Shown: positions 1-9,881, counted from the stretch's first letter. The stretch: 64,000 nucleotides of DNA from Syntrophorhabdaceae bacterium (GCA_963665295.1 OY762209.1:5056001-5120000), one strand, 5' to 3'. A program made the numbers and translations. Notes: a model not told the origin generated them from the letters alone.

Positions 1-301
1 TCTCTGCCGTTGCCAGGGGGTCCATGTCGGGGTGACCGGCATTGTCGAGAAGAAAGGCCTGGTCCGCTCCCATGGCTATGGCGGTCCTCAAGGCCTCTAT
101 CGCTTTATGGGCGCCCAGGGCGCATACCGTCACCCGGGACTCCTTTATCTTCTCCTTTATCCGTATGGCCTCTTCCACGGCAAACTCATCGAAGAAGTTC
201 ATGGTGTACTTGTTTTCTATCTCAAGGGACTTTTTGTCTCCCGAGATTACGATCCTTGCCTCCGTATCGGCTACCTGCTTTATGAATACCAGAATGTTCA
301 C
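1..301 (-). CDS. etfB: Electron transfer flavoprotein beta subunit (5' part; runs off window start)
   Basis: Not in the ORF track. Manual translation from GTG at 301 (SD GAGGAGG upstream) gives MNILVFIKQVADTEARI...MNFFDEFAVEEAIRIKE...ALRTAIAMGADQA, the EtfB/FixA N-terminal pattern (KQVxD, NxxDxxAVEEA, A-MGAD). Confidence 0.92.
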   Translation of the reverse strand, partial: MNILVFIKQVADTEARIVISGDKKSLEIENKYTMNFFDEFAVEEAIRIKEKIKESRVTVCALGAHKAIEALRTAIAMGADQAFLLDNAGHPDMDPLATAE

Positions 302-388
302 GTTTATAACCTCCTCGCTCGCCCTTTTTTTAAAAACATTTTTGAGGTCCTGTCAACACAAAATTATCCCTTCCATGGGCGATGATGG

Positions 389-405
389 TTGTATACCGTA
401 TACTA
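389..405. promoter_or_regulatory. Palindromic operator GTATAC-C-GTATAC, copy 1 (etfB side)
   Basis: ttGTATACCGTATACta; an identical 13-mer recurs at 673-685 in the same divergent intergenic region. Confidence 0.6.
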
Positions 406-670
406 TATTTTAACGGTCAGACTTTGTCAAATAAAAAGGAGAAGAATTCGCATCTCTCCGCCGTGACCCGGGCCGCCCGCGGGAAGGCACAAGTAACAGG
501 CTGCAGTAGGCAGCCGAAGTATCCCCGGGGGACTGCGGGTGGACGTCGGCCGCAAAATGACGAAAGCCTCTCTGAGGGATTCAAGGGAAATCGCGTTGCC
601 GAGGACATGTCCCTTCGCGAATAATCCCTTGACAAATGGGGAAAACAATGTAAATCTGTTGTAAGTTTAA

Positions 671-687
671 TAGTATACCGTATACAC
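671..687. promoter_or_regulatory. Palindromic operator GTATAC-C-GTATAC, copy 2 (ior operon side)
   Basis: taGTATACCGTATACac, downstream of a TTGACA at 629-634. Confidence 0.6.
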
Positions 688-790
688 CTACCGCGGGGAA
701 ACGGCTTCCTCTCCGGGTTCCTGACGGGAGGGCGAGGCGGCGTCCCCGGCGACCGGACCGGGAATCCATCCAATAAGGAAGGACGAAGTC

Positions 791-2017
791 ATGTATGAAC
801 GTGTTTCAAGATTGCTTATAGAGAAAGGCGCAAGGCTGGTCTATACTGCGAGCAGGCCGGTGGGCACAAGCCTCGAAGGGCTCTTTGCGGAGTACCCCTC
901 CTTTCACTACGAAGTCTCTACCAATGAAAAGGTTGCCTTCGAACTCGCCTTTACCGGGGCTGTCACCGGAAAGAAGGTGGCCTGTATACTCTCCACGGAG
1001 GGACTCTACGAGGCCCTCGACCCTGTCATGACGTCCGCTTATATGGGGGTCGTCGGCGGGTTCCTCGTGGTGTGCATCCGCGAGACCGAAGAGGAGGTAA
1101 CACCTGTCGGCCTCTTCTCGAAGCTCCCCCTCATCGTGACGGAGACCCACGAAGCCCTTGTCAAGGCAATCGATTTCGCCTTTGACGCATCGGAGAGGCA
1201 CCACATACCCTTCATCATCCAGGCGACACCCGGAAAAGGCGAAGACGCCACGACAAGTCCCGGCGGATACGGGCCGCTTCCCGAACCTCAGCCGTCCCAT
1301 TTCGCCAAAGACCCTATGAGGTGGGCTGCCCTGCCTCAGTCGAGATACCGGCTTCACGGGGAGCTTAACACAAAGATAGAACTGATCAGGGAAGAATTCG
1401 AGACTTACGGGGGCAACAAACTGACCCTCATCGGGCGGACAGGCCTCATCACCGATAAGGAGCCCGACCTCCTGGAATCCGGGGAGGATACAGATGTCTT
1501 CCACATGGAGACCATTTTCCCCCTGCCCACCGGACCGGTCCGGGGCTTTATCGACATCATGGACAGGACGGTCGTTTCGGAGGGCCGGTATCCCGCAATC
1601 GAGCTACAGATACCCGACAGGAGCAAGGTGGAGACAGTTCACTCCGGAGAGCCGAAGGATCGGGCAAAAAGAGAGGAGACCATGTATGGTTTCCACGTGG
1701 TGCGGGACAAGTTAGGACCCGCGTCGTCTATCAACATGGCCCACGGCTTGAAGACCCTCGATCCGGATAGGAAAGTACTCGCCATCACCTTTGAAGACCA
1801 CTTTTTTCACTCCGGCATGCCTGCCCTCGTAAACACGATTTACAACGGCTCATCTTATGTGCTCCTCATCCTGACCCACAAGAGGGAGGATGAGATATCC
1901 GGAATGATGGAAGCCTGGGGCCTCAAAAACGTTTTTCACCTCGAAAACACGTCGGAGGTGGAACGCTACAAAGACGCCCGGGAGCTTACCGTGCTTCTCT
2001 GCAAGGGGATCATATGA
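791..2017 (+). CDS. Degenerate/truncated indolepyruvate:ferredoxin oxidoreductase alpha-like protein
   Basis: STNEKVAFELAFTGAVTGKK and HFFHSGMPALVN align with IorA, but YPGTP, CxGCP, the GD of the TPP motif and the ferredoxin domain are absent. Confidence 0.75.
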   Translation: MYERVSRLLIEKGARLVYTASRPVGTSLEGLFAEYPSFHYEVSTNEKVAFELAFTGAVTGKKVACILSTEGLYEALDPVMTSAYMGVVGGFLVVCIRETEEEVTPVGLFSKLPLIVTETHEALVKAIDFAFDASERHHIPFIIQATPGKGEDATTSPGGYGPLPEPQPSHFAKDPMRWAALPQSRYRLHGELNTKIELIREEFETYGGNKLTLIGRTGLITDKEPDLLESGEDTDVFHMETIFPLPTGPVRGFIDIMDRTVVSEGRYPAIELQIPDRSKVETVHSGEPKDRAKREETMYGFHVVRDKLGPASSINMAHGLKTLDPDRKVLAITFEDHFFHSGMPALVNTIYNGSSYVLLILTHKREDEISGMMEAWGLKNVFHLENTSEVERYKDARELTVLLCKGII

Positions 2018-2565
2018 ACTATCAGATAGTGTGTGCCGGAATAGGCGGCAGGGGCGTGCTCCTTGCCTCGACGATTCTCATGGAAACGGCGATACGGTCG
2101 GACCTGCACGCCCTCGCATCGGACGAATACGGCATGAGCCAGCGGGGCGGGTCGGTGGTATCCCTCATTAAGATCGGTGATTTCAAAAGCCCCCTTATCG
2201 GCAGGGAGAGTGCCGACGTCCTGCTCGCCTTCGAGGAGAGCGAATTCTTCCGGAACCTCCAGTTCCTCAAAAGGGGCGGCATCACCGTTATCAATTCCCA
2301 TAATGACTCCCTTCCCGGGCCGGTCCAGGACCTCCTGAGAGCGAGGAACGTCGGCTATTACCTCGTCGACGCGGACGGCATCGCCATGGCCGCCCATACG
2401 GTACAGGCGTCAAACATGGCCCTCCTGGGATTCTTCTCTCATCTCGGCGTCGGCCCTTACACCTACCAGAATGTGAGGGACACCATCAAGGAAAGGAAAT
2501 CGGGAAAATTCGTCGAAAAGAACCTCGAGGTTTTTGATACGGGATATGGACGGGCAAAAAAATGA
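2014..2565 (+). CDS. iorB: Indolepyruvate/2-oxoacid:ferredoxin oxidoreductase beta (gamma-type) subunit
   Basis: AGIGGRGVL, YGMSQRGGSV and NMALLG motifs; 4-nt overlaps with both neighbours. Confidence 0.88.
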   Translation: MNYQIVCAGIGGRGVLLASTILMETAIRSDLHALASDEYGMSQRGGSVVSLIKIGDFKSPLIGRESADVLLAFEESEFFRNLQFLKRGGITVINSHNDSLPGPVQDLLRARNVGYYLVDADGIAMAAHTVQASNMALLGFFSHLGVGPYTYQNVRDTIKERKSGKFVEKNLEVFDTGYGRAKK

Positions 2566-4382
2566 AGAAAGAAAGGGTAGATATTTCCGGAGGTCATGGT
2601 GTGAAGGCTATTGAAAGTGAAGTAATGATAGGGAATTTCGGCATCGCAAGGGGACTCGTGGAAGCGGGGCTGGAACTGGCCGCCGCGTATCCGGGCACCC
2701 CGAGTTCCGAGATCATCCCCGGTATCGTGGAATTCAACAAGAGGGACAAGGGGCACATCCACGCCGAATGGTCGTCAAACGAACGTTGCGCCTTCGAGGT
2801 TGCCTTCGGAGCCGCGGCGGCCGGGAAGAAGGCCGCGTGTATGATGAAACAGGTGGGTCTCAATGTCGCCTTTCCCCCTTTCCTTCACTCCCGGGGCAAG
2901 GCCATTCAGGGCGCCCTCGTGATTGTCTCCTGCGACGACCCCGGCCCCCAATCGTCCCAGACGGAACAGGATACACGCCTCATTTCGACCCTTTTCGGCG
3001 TTCCCGTCTTCGACCCCTCCTCCCCCGCAGAGGCCGCCGACATCGCATATTTTGCCATGGAATACTCATACGAGCACAAGGTGCCGGTGATCGTCCGTTC
3101 CACTCACCGGGTGAGCCACGCGAGGGAGTCCATACCCCTCTACGCGCCGGGCGCGCGGAAGGTGACCATTGACCGCGGGGTCCGCGGGCAGCCCTTCGGC
3201 CCCTCGGGCAAGAATACCCACGGCATGGCAAAACTCGGGGTAGTCGCCTCGGGCATGAGCTATTCCATCGCCGCGGACGCGGTGCGGGGAATGGCCCTGG
3301 AAAACGCGGTACCCGTTTACAAGGTGACTCAGGTATTCCCCCTGGACCCGGACCTCTCCTTTTTCATTGAACGCCATGACTGGGTCCTGGTCATCGAAGA
3401 AACGGACAGCGTCCTCGAAGCGCTCATCGGGAAAGGCGGCAAGATCCTGGGCAGGGCAAACGGCTACGTGCCGAGCGCAGGAGAGCTTACCTATGACGTG
3501 GTGCGGGGCATCCTCGAGAAGATCGCAGAAGAGCTGGAACTGACCGGGATACAGTTTGTCCCCGACTCCTCCATCGAGGAATCCCTGAAAGAGGTTCCCT
3601 TTACGTCGCGGCCCCCTAAACTCTGCTCGGGCTGCCCCCACAGGGCTTCCTTTTATGCCATGCGGCACGCCCTCCCCAAGGCGATCTTTACGGGGGACAT
3701 CGGCTGTTATACCTTGGGCATTTCCATGGGCGCAGTCGATACCTGCATCGACATGGGCGGCGCAGTTACCATGGCATCCGGATTTTACGACGCATTCCAA
3801 CAGGACGGCGTATTGACGCCCATCGTCGCGTCCGTGGGCGATTCAACCTTCTTCCACGCCTGCCTGGAACCCCTCTATGACGCGGTAAAGAAGAAAAAGA
3901 AGTTCATCCTCGTCATTATGGACAACTCCACCACTGCAATGACGGGCATGCAGCCCACTCCGCAATCCGGCGTAACCGCCGCGGGCGGCCCGGCCGGGTC
4001 GGTAAGGATAGAAGACATCGTGTCCGGCTTCGGCGTGGGGTTCCTCACCATTCTCGATCCCTACGACGTTCCCCACATGGCAAAGACACTGAAGGAAGCG
4101 TACGCCTTTCTCAAAAAGAGGGACGAAGGTCCCGCGATCATCATCGCAAGGAGGGAGTGTATCCTCTACACGAAGAAGAAACCTGACGACACCTTCCAGT
4201 ACGCCCATATCGAGGAAGACTGCACCGGTTGCAAGCACTGCATAAACCGCTTTGAGTGCCCCGCCCTCGTTTTCGACGAGGCCCTGAAAAAAGTGAAGGT
4301 AGACAGGGGACTCTGCGTCAAGTGCGGGATTTGTCTCTACGCCTGCCCGCCGAAAAAGAAGGCGAAAGGTATCCGCATGTAG
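2562..4382 (+). CDS. iorA: Indolepyruvate:ferredoxin oxidoreductase alpha subunit
   Basis: YPGTPSSEI, MKQVGLNVA, LCSGCPHR, GDIGCY, GDSTFFH, DNSTTAMTG and a C-terminal 2x[4Fe-4S] domain (CTGCKHC...CP, CVKCGICLYACP). Confidence 0.92.
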   Translation: MKKERVDISGGHGVKAIESEVMIGNFGIARGLVEAGLELAAAYPGTPSSEIIPGIVEFNKRDKGHIHAEWSSNERCAFEVAFGAAAAGKKAACMMKQVGLNVAFPPFLHSRGKAIQGALVIVSCDDPGPQSSQTEQDTRLISTLFGVPVFDPSSPAEAADIAYFAMEYSYEHKVPVIVRSTHRVSHARESIPLYAPGARKVTIDRGVRGQPFGPSGKNTHGMAKLGVVASGMSYSIAADAVRGMALENAVPVYKVTQVFPLDPDLSFFIERHDWVLVIEETDSVLEALIGKGGKILGRANGYVPSAGELTYDVVRGILEKIAEELELTGIQFVPDSSIEESLKEVPFTSRPPKLCSGCPHRASFYAMRHALPKAIFTGDIGCYTLGISMGAVDTCIDMGGAVTMASGFYDAFQQDGVLTPIVASVGDSTFFHACLEPLYDAVKKKKKFILVIMDNSTTAMTGMQPTPQSGVTAAGGPAGSVRIEDIVSGFGVGFLTILDPYDVPHMAKTLKEAYAFLKKRDEGPAIIIARRECILYTKKKPDDTFQYAHIEEDCTGCKHCINRFECPALVFDEALKKVKVDRGLCVKCGICLYACPPKKKAKGIRM

Positions 4383-4434
4383 CGCGTTCACACGGGTTCA
4401 CACCTGTGCTCAATTAAACCGCAAAGGGGGATTT

Positions 4435-5652
4435 ATGAAAAAACTTTTCTCAGGTATCCTCATTTTGGCCCTCGTCCTTACCGTCGCCCATCTCCTCAAC
4501 ACCCCGGCTCACGCTGCCGAGCCTATCAAAGTCGGTGTTATAGACACCTATACAGGACCTGCCACCACCTATACCCAGGATGTCCTCGACGGGTTCAAGC
4601 TCGCCATAGGCGAGGTGAACGCCAGGGGAGGCGTATTGGGGAGGAAGATCGAATTCGTGGTCAGAGACGACAAGTTCAAACCCGATATCGCCCTTGCCAT
4701 GGCCAAGGACCTCGTCATGAGGGAGAAGGTCAATGTCCTCATGGGCTCCACCAACAGCGGAGGCGCCCTTGCCGTATCGGACTTCGCCCGGAAGGAGAAG
4801 ATCCCCTTCATCGTAACCGACGCGAAGAGCGACAAGATCGTGGGTGAGAAGGGCCACCGCTATGTATTCAACGCAAACGAGAATACCGCCATGATAGGAC
4901 GGGCAACCGCCATCGCCCTCGCGAAGAAGCCCTACGTGAAATATTGGATCGCCGGAGAGGACTATGAGTTCGGCCACGCATGCGCCGACGCGATATGGAC
5001 CCACCTTAAGGCCATCAAGCCCAATGTCCAGCTCCTGGGGCAGTCGTGGAGGAAGGTAGGGGAGACCGACCTTGCCCCGTACTTAAGCCCCATCCTCCAG
5101 GCCAAGCCCGACTGCCTCATAAGCGCAGCCGGAGGCGGAGGGGTGGTCAACTTCCTGAAGGCTGTAAAGGCCATGGGCCTTGAAAAGAAACTCCCCATCT
5201 ACCAGCACTATGCCACGGACACCATCGCCCTCGCCCCCCTCGGGTTCGAGGCCCCTGAAGGGATAATGGGAAGCTCTTCCTACCACTTCTACTTCCCCAA
5301 TACCCCGGAGAACAAGGCCTTCACTCAGGAGTTCAGGCGGGCCTACAAGAGATACCCCGGCTCAACGGCCCTCTACGGCTATGCGGCAGGGGCCTTCATC
5401 GCCAAGGCCTACCAGAAGGCAGGCTCAATCAACACGGAGAAGTTCATCGATGCTCTTGAGGGCCTCACCGTAGAAAGCCCCATAGGGAAGCTCGAAATGC
5501 GCGCCTGCGACCACCAGGTGACCCTCCCCATGTACTACGGGGTCACGAAAAAGGTCCCGGGTTATGATTTTCTCATAGGGGCGGACATTGTCACCATCCC
5601 CGGCAAGGATTATCTGCCTACGTGCGACGAGATGCTGAAGCTCAGGAAGTAA
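4435..5652 (+). CDS. ABC transporter substrate-binding protein, LivJ/branched-chain amino acid (aromatic acid) type
   Basis: Signal peptide ending AHA; NARGGVLGRKIEFVVRDDK; type I periplasmic binding protein pattern. Confidence 0.88.
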   Translation: MKKLFSGILILALVLTVAHLLNTPAHAAEPIKVGVIDTYTGPATTYTQDVLDGFKLAIGEVNARGGVLGRKIEFVVRDDKFKPDIALAMAKDLVMREKVNVLMGSTNSGGALAVSDFARKEKIPFIVTDAKSDKIVGEKGHRYVFNANENTAMIGRATAIALAKKPYVKYWIAGEDYEFGHACADAIWTHLKAIKPNVQLLGQSWRKVGETDLAPYLSPILQAKPDCLISAAGGGGVVNFLKAVKAMGLEKKLPIYQHYATDTIALAPLGFEAPEGIMGSSSYHFYFPNTPENKAFTQEFRRAYKRYPGSTALYGYAAGAFIAKAYQKAGSINTEKFIDALEGLTVESPIGKLEMRACDHQVTLPMYYGVTKKVPGYDFLIGADIVTIPGKDYLPTCDEMLKLRK

Positions 5653-5670
5653 ACCTTAAAGACCCTGTTG

Positions 5671-5704
5671 AAGCGGGCAGGCCCCTGGGCTGCCCGCTTT
5701 TTTT
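5671..5704 (+). terminator. Intrinsic terminator between convergent genes
   Basis: AAGCGGGCAG...CTGCCCGCTT stem followed by a T-run. Confidence 0.8.
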
Positions 5705-6863
5705 ATGTCCCGTGTTTCACGCGCGGCAGCATGAGTGAGAGAATTGTGCAGATTACCGGGAGGAACGCTACCACAGTGATGGTGGCACGAAGCCCGTAGT
5801 GGTCCGCAATCGACCCCAGGAGCGGAGTCGTGAGCCCCCCGAAGGAAAAGGCAAGACCCAGCGTAATCCCCGATGCGAGTCCCACCCGGTTCGGCAGATA
5901 GGTCTGCCCCAGCACCACCATGGGGCCGAAGGGAGCGGCGAGGACAAAGCCGATGGGGATAAGAAGAAGGATCGCCCACAGGGCGTCATGGGTGAAGGCG
6001 AGAAAGGGAAGAAAGAAGGTAAGGAGCACAAACCCGCTGATGGTAACCGCGCGGTACCCGAAGCGGTCGGCCGTCCTTCCGCCCATGAAGTTTCCCGCGA
6101 TGGCCGACCCCAGAAGGACCGCCAGGGCGGAGCCGCCCGCCCCCTTGGACTGGTGGAGGACGTTGATCCAGAAAAGGGGAAGGAAGGTGTTGAGTCCGTA
6201 GAAGACCACGGAACGGCAGAGAAGGGCAACAGCGAGGCAGATGAACCCGGGCCAGTTATCCACCCTGCCCTCACTCGACGCTTTTGCGGCATGACCCGGC
6301 CCCCTTCTCTCGTACCCCTTCTCAAGGCCAGGCAGCATGTACATCACAAGGGCAGCCACTATGGCAGTAGGGATCACGAGGTACACCGTGCCTCTTAACC
6401 CGGAAAACAGGAGGAATGCGGTGGCGATGAGGGGGCCCACCGCAAATCCGAGTTGGCCGCCGATGCCGAAGAGGCTCATTGCAGTGGCCTTCCTGTCTCC
6501 GGCGAGATGATTCATGAGCCGAGCCCCTTCAGGATGGAACATGGCGATGCCGAGGCCGCTCACCATCAGGGCGGCGAGACCCATGCCATAGCCGGGCGCG
6601 ATCCCCGTAAAGGATACGCCGCACCCGATGGCGAGCATGGACACGGGGATAAGCCAGGGTCTCGACTGCCGGTCCACCACATATCCGAAGAGGGGCTGAA
6701 AGATGGTGGAAACCAGGTTGACTGCGAAGACCACCCCGGCCGCCGCAGCATAGCTGATGTGATGTTCGGCGATAAAGAAGGGCAGGAGTACGGGTATGGC
6801 GCCCTGGTTGATGTCCGCGGACGCGTGGGCGATGACCAGGAGGCCGATGGATCGGATGTTCAC
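5703..6863 (-). CDS. MFS transporter (Fsr/fosmidomycin-resistance-like)
   Basis: About 12 hydrophobic segments; QPLFGYVVDR, FHPEG, GGQLGFAVGP and GGRTADRFG motifs. Confidence 0.88.
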   Translation of the reverse strand: MNIRSIGLLVIAHASADINQGAIPVLLPFFIAEHHISYAAAAGVVFAVNLVSTIFQPLFGYVVDRQSRPWLIPVSMLAIGCGVSFTGIAPGYGMGLAALMVSGLGIAMFHPEGARLMNHLAGDRKATAMSLFGIGGQLGFAVGPLIATAFLLFSGLRGTVYLVIPTAIVAALVMYMLPGLEKGYERRGPGHAAKASSEGRVDNWPGFICLAVALLCRSVVFYGLNTFLPLFWINVLHQSKGAGGSALAVLLGSAIAGNFMGGRTADRFGYRAVTISGFVLLTFFLPFLAFTHDALWAILLLIPIGFVLAAPFGPMVVLGQTYLPNRVGLASGITLGLAFSFGGLTTPLLGSIADHYGLRATITVVAFLPVICTILSLMLPRVKHGT

Positions 6864-6876
6864 TCAAGTCTCCTTG

Positions 6877-7794
6877 TTACTGAGGCTTCCCTTTCCCCGC
6901 GAGGTGGGTTACCTGGGCTCTCAGGTTCAAAAGGTACGGGCCCTCGGGCTGCTTTATCCCCTTATTGGTGTCGTACTGTTCCGCCTTTATCCTTGCGACC
7001 GCGCGGTCTATGTCGCCTTCTTCCGTCTTCAGGGCCTCGTATACCCTTTCCTTGAAACGGACCGCCTCAACAAGAGACCGGTCGAAGAAAGCCTTGACCT
7101 CGTCTTTTCCCACAACGACGATGCGGTGGCCCTGGCAAAGGACTTCCGTGTCGAGGCGGGCAAGGCGCGTGAGGGAAGAAAAGTACGCATCATAGTCGGA
7201 AAGGAACTCGGTAATAATGGCGCCCGTGGCGTCGAGAGCCCCCGATGCCTCCGCGGAGAGCAGTATCTTTTCACCGGGGATATAATAGCTCATGTGGTCC
7301 CTCGTATGACCCGGAGTAGCGAAGACTTCAACGGTCGAGCCTGCCTCCGGCCGGATGACCTGCCCGTCTTCGACCTCCATGTCAACTTCGAAGGGACGAA
7401 AGGGTTCGTCTATCAGTTTCGAGGAATCCACCTCAGGGAAGGACGCCACGATGGGCCTGGTACTTTCGTTCAGTTCCGCCATGAGTTCCAGGGCGCGGGG
7501 CCGCTTGAAGACTTCCGCCGCCCTCCGGGACGCCGCCACCTTGAGAGACGGGAACGCGTCTTTGAGGTAAGCGACCGCTCCGCAATGGTCCCAATGACTG
7601 TGGCTGATAAGGAGCAACCAGGGCTGTCTTTTACCGAGGACGGCCCTGATGGCCTCCACATAGAGCCTCCCGCCCGGCGTAATGCCCGCGTCGAAGAGCA
7701 CGGGCCTTTCCCCGTCAAGAAGATGGACGGGATAAGAAGCAAGCCCCAAAATGTAAAAGTGGTCCTTTATAAGGCCCGTTGTCGTAAAAAGCAT
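6877..7794 (-). CDS. MBL-fold metallo-hydrolase
   Basis: HSHWDHCG (HxHxDH), TPGHT and QGH motifs. Confidence 0.88.
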   Translation of the reverse strand: MLFTTTGLIKDHFYILGLASYPVHLLDGERPVLFDAGITPGGRLYVEAIRAVLGKRQPWLLLISHSHWDHCGAVAYLKDAFPSLKVAASRRAAEVFKRPRALELMAELNESTRPIVASFPEVDSSKLIDEPFRPFEVDMEVEDGQVIRPEAGSTVEVFATPGHTRDHMSYYIPGEKILLSAEASGALDATGAIITEFLSDYDAYFSSLTRLARLDTEVLCQGHRIVVVGKDEVKAFFDRSLVEAVRFKERVYEALKTEEGDIDRAVARIKAEQYDTNKGIKQPEGPYLLNLRAQVTHLAGKGKPQ

Positions 7795-7922
7795 GATTCA
7801 CCTTCCTTATGCCCGCCCCCCCCGGAGTTCCCTCATATAACTTATAGTCCGTCACCATGGGACCGGCAATACGTCCCGCCCGGTTGCCTTCCACGCTCCG
7901 GGCATCCATGCCGCAGCCCTCA

Positions 7923-8552
7923 TTACTTTCTTATCACTGCCCACAACCCGCCGTCGGATATTACCTCCACATGTCCTTCCGCCGCGCCGCCCTTCGCCGC
8001 TTTCCGTATGTGGTCCGGCGTAATCGCCGTCTTCCCGATCCTCCGATTGAGGTCCCTTGATTCCTCCCCGATGGCGTCAATGACGGGCTGGGGCGTGTAT
8101 TTTCCGAACCCTCCCCCTACAAAGGCGACCCCGCCAGTATCGAGAACCCGGTATATGGCCGGTAGATCCACGGAAAAGAGGGAGGGGAAAAAGAAGGCCC
8201 CCCGGAAGACGATAAGGTCGATCGCATTATCCCTTATACACGCCAGGGAAGGGTCCGTTTCGATCACGTCGATTCCGTCTGCCACCTTTCGCCTCTTTAT
8301 TTCCTGTTGGAAAAACCCCGGCATACCCTTGGGGAAAGCGGCGATAAGGAAGCTGTCCCCTATCCCTTTGTCCTTAAGATCAATGGCAATCCCTGAAAAA
8401 GGCCCCATGTCGACGACCTTGCCGCGGCTTCGGCCATAGGCTTCCCCCACATGTTCCGCGAGATAGGGACAAACCGGTTCCCAGAGGCGGTCTATCCTCT
8501 GTATAAGACCCGGTATGGAAGAACTGTCGGGCATCGGTTCACTTTCATTCAT
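7923..8552 (-). CDS. Class I SAM-dependent methyltransferase-like protein
   Basis: VVDMGPFSG (degenerate motif I), IDLIVFRGAFFF, IYRVLDTGGVAFVGGGFG. Confidence 0.7.
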   Translation of the reverse strand: MNESEPMPDSSSIPGLIQRIDRLWEPVCPYLAEHVGEAYGRSRGKVVDMGPFSGIAIDLKDKGIGDSFLIAAFPKGMPGFFQQEIKRRKVADGIDVIETDPSLACIRDNAIDLIVFRGAFFFPSLFSVDLPAIYRVLDTGGVAFVGGGFGKYTPQPVIDAIGEESRDLNRRIGKTAITPDHIRKAAKGGAAEGHVEVISDGGLWAVIRK

Positions 8553-8600
8553 AGATAATTGTCCCCTCCTTCTTTTTCAAGGCCTGCCCCGGCCCGCAAC

Positions 8601-9248
8601 TCATACCCCTCGCGCATCAGGGTCCCAGATGAGCTTGTGGAGTTGGACCTGTAACCGGACGTCGAGATGGTCCTCAATGATCCACCGGGCGAGCATGGCA
8701 AGGTCGATCCTGCCGAAAACAGGAGAAAACAAAGGGGGTTTCAAACCCGTGCGGCCCGAAAGCCCTCCGGAAAGGACGGCTTTCGCATATTCATAATCTT
8801 CCCTGTCTCCGATAACAAACTTGATTTCATCAAGGCCCGTCAACTTCGCCTGATTCTCCGGGAGGTTTTTTTCCGACTCTCCGCTCGATGGGCACTTCAC
8901 GTCAAGGATCCTCACGCACCGCTCGTCAACACAGCCGATATCCAGGCTGCCGTTCGTTTCCAGGAGGACCGTGAACCCCTGATCGAGGAGCCTCCGTATA
9001 AGCTCCGGCGTGCCTTCCTGAATCAACGGCTCCCCGCCCGTTATCTCCACAAGGGGGCACCTGTAAGAGGTCACCGCCTCTATGACGTCCGCAATTCCGA
9101 GGTGTTGCCCCTCGTTATCCGCATACCGCGTGTCGCAATAAGAACAACGAAGGTTGCACCCGGCAAGGCGGACAAACACCGAGGGCCTGCCCGCGTAGGA
9201 AGACTCCCCCTGTATGCTCATGAATATCTCATTGACTTTGAGGGTCAC
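8601..9248 (-). CDS. queE: 7-carboxy-7-deazaguanine synthase (radical SAM)
   Basis: EIFMSIQGE, FVRLAGCNLRCSYCDT, ITGGEP, QVQLHKLIW; adjacent to queD. Confidence 0.95.
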   Translation of the reverse strand: MTLKVNEIFMSIQGESSYAGRPSVFVRLAGCNLRCSYCDTRYADNEGQHLGIADVIEAVTSYRCPLVEITGGEPLIQEGTPELIRRLLDQGFTVLLETNGSLDIGCVDERCVRILDVKCPSSGESEKNLPENQAKLTGLDEIKFVIGDREDYEYAKAVLSGGLSGRTGLKPPLFSPVFGRIDLAMLARWIIEDHLDVRLQVQLHKLIWDPDARGV

Positions 9249-9629
9249 CTAATCCTCCCAGTAGAAGGCGCCTGCGTCCGCGGTCTCCGAGACACCGATC
9301 TTCGAGATCCTTGCGTCTTCCGAATTGATGCGCCTGCCCAGTTCCCCATAAAGGTATCGGGCAATGTTCTCCGCCGTGGGATTAACCTTTTGAAACGGTT
9401 CGAGGTCATTGAGATGAGAGTGGTCGAGGGTTCTCAATACGTCTTCCACGCTCTCCCTGATGACACGGAAATCGACACCCATGCCCGTATCGTCAAGGGC
9501 GCGGCACCGGACATAGACCCTGATGGTCCAGTTATGCCCGTGAAGGCGGGCGCAATCTCCTTCGTAGCCCCTCAAGGCGTGGGCAGCGGAAAAACTGGTT
9601 TCCGTGTAGATTTCATACAGACCGGGCAT
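9249..9629 (-). CDS. queD: 6-carboxy-5,6,7,8-tetrahydropterin synthase
   Basis: FSAAHAL, CARLHGHNW, LDHSHLND, PTAENIA; start set at ATG 9629 behind SD GGGAG. Confidence 0.95.
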   Translation of the reverse strand: MPGLYEIYTETSFSAAHALRGYEGDCARLHGHNWTIRVYVRCRALDDTGMGVDFRVIRESVEDVLRTLDHSHLNDLEPFQKVNPTAENIARYLYGELGRRINSEDARISKIGVSETADAGAFYWED

Positions 9630-9754
9630 AAGCTCCCTTCCTTCCTTCGTCACCCTGGGGTGCCCCTATGGTGTACCATATTTTTGCTGCAATTTCTGAG
9701 ATTTTGTGGTCACCGGGTTCGGGCGGGTCCGCATTTCCGCCACGCAAATCCCCT

Positions 9755-9781
9755 TAAGCAAACCGCCCGGCCGGCCGACAA
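9755..9781 (+). promoter_or_regulatory. Sigma-28 (FliA)-type promoter of the chemoreceptor gene
   Basis: TAAG-N15-GCCGACAA versus consensus TAAA-N15-GCCGATAA, 100 nt upstream of an MCP. Confidence 0.75.
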
Positions 9782-9881
9782 CAGTATTGGTGCATGACCG
9801 GGTTCATGCGCCGGCGCAAGGGACGAAAGGGGCTCCATGGCACCAGCCCGGGAAGGTAACAAAAATAACAGGGAGGGTTTT

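Noticed and set aside
6796..8439. 547-aa plus-strand ORF
   Set aside because: Antisense to the MBL hydrolase and methyltransferase genes; GC-rich shadow ORF.
9630..9881. preQ1 or c-di-GMP riboswitch between queD and the MCP
   Set aside because: Neither consensus is visible; the region is explained by a sigma-28 promoter.
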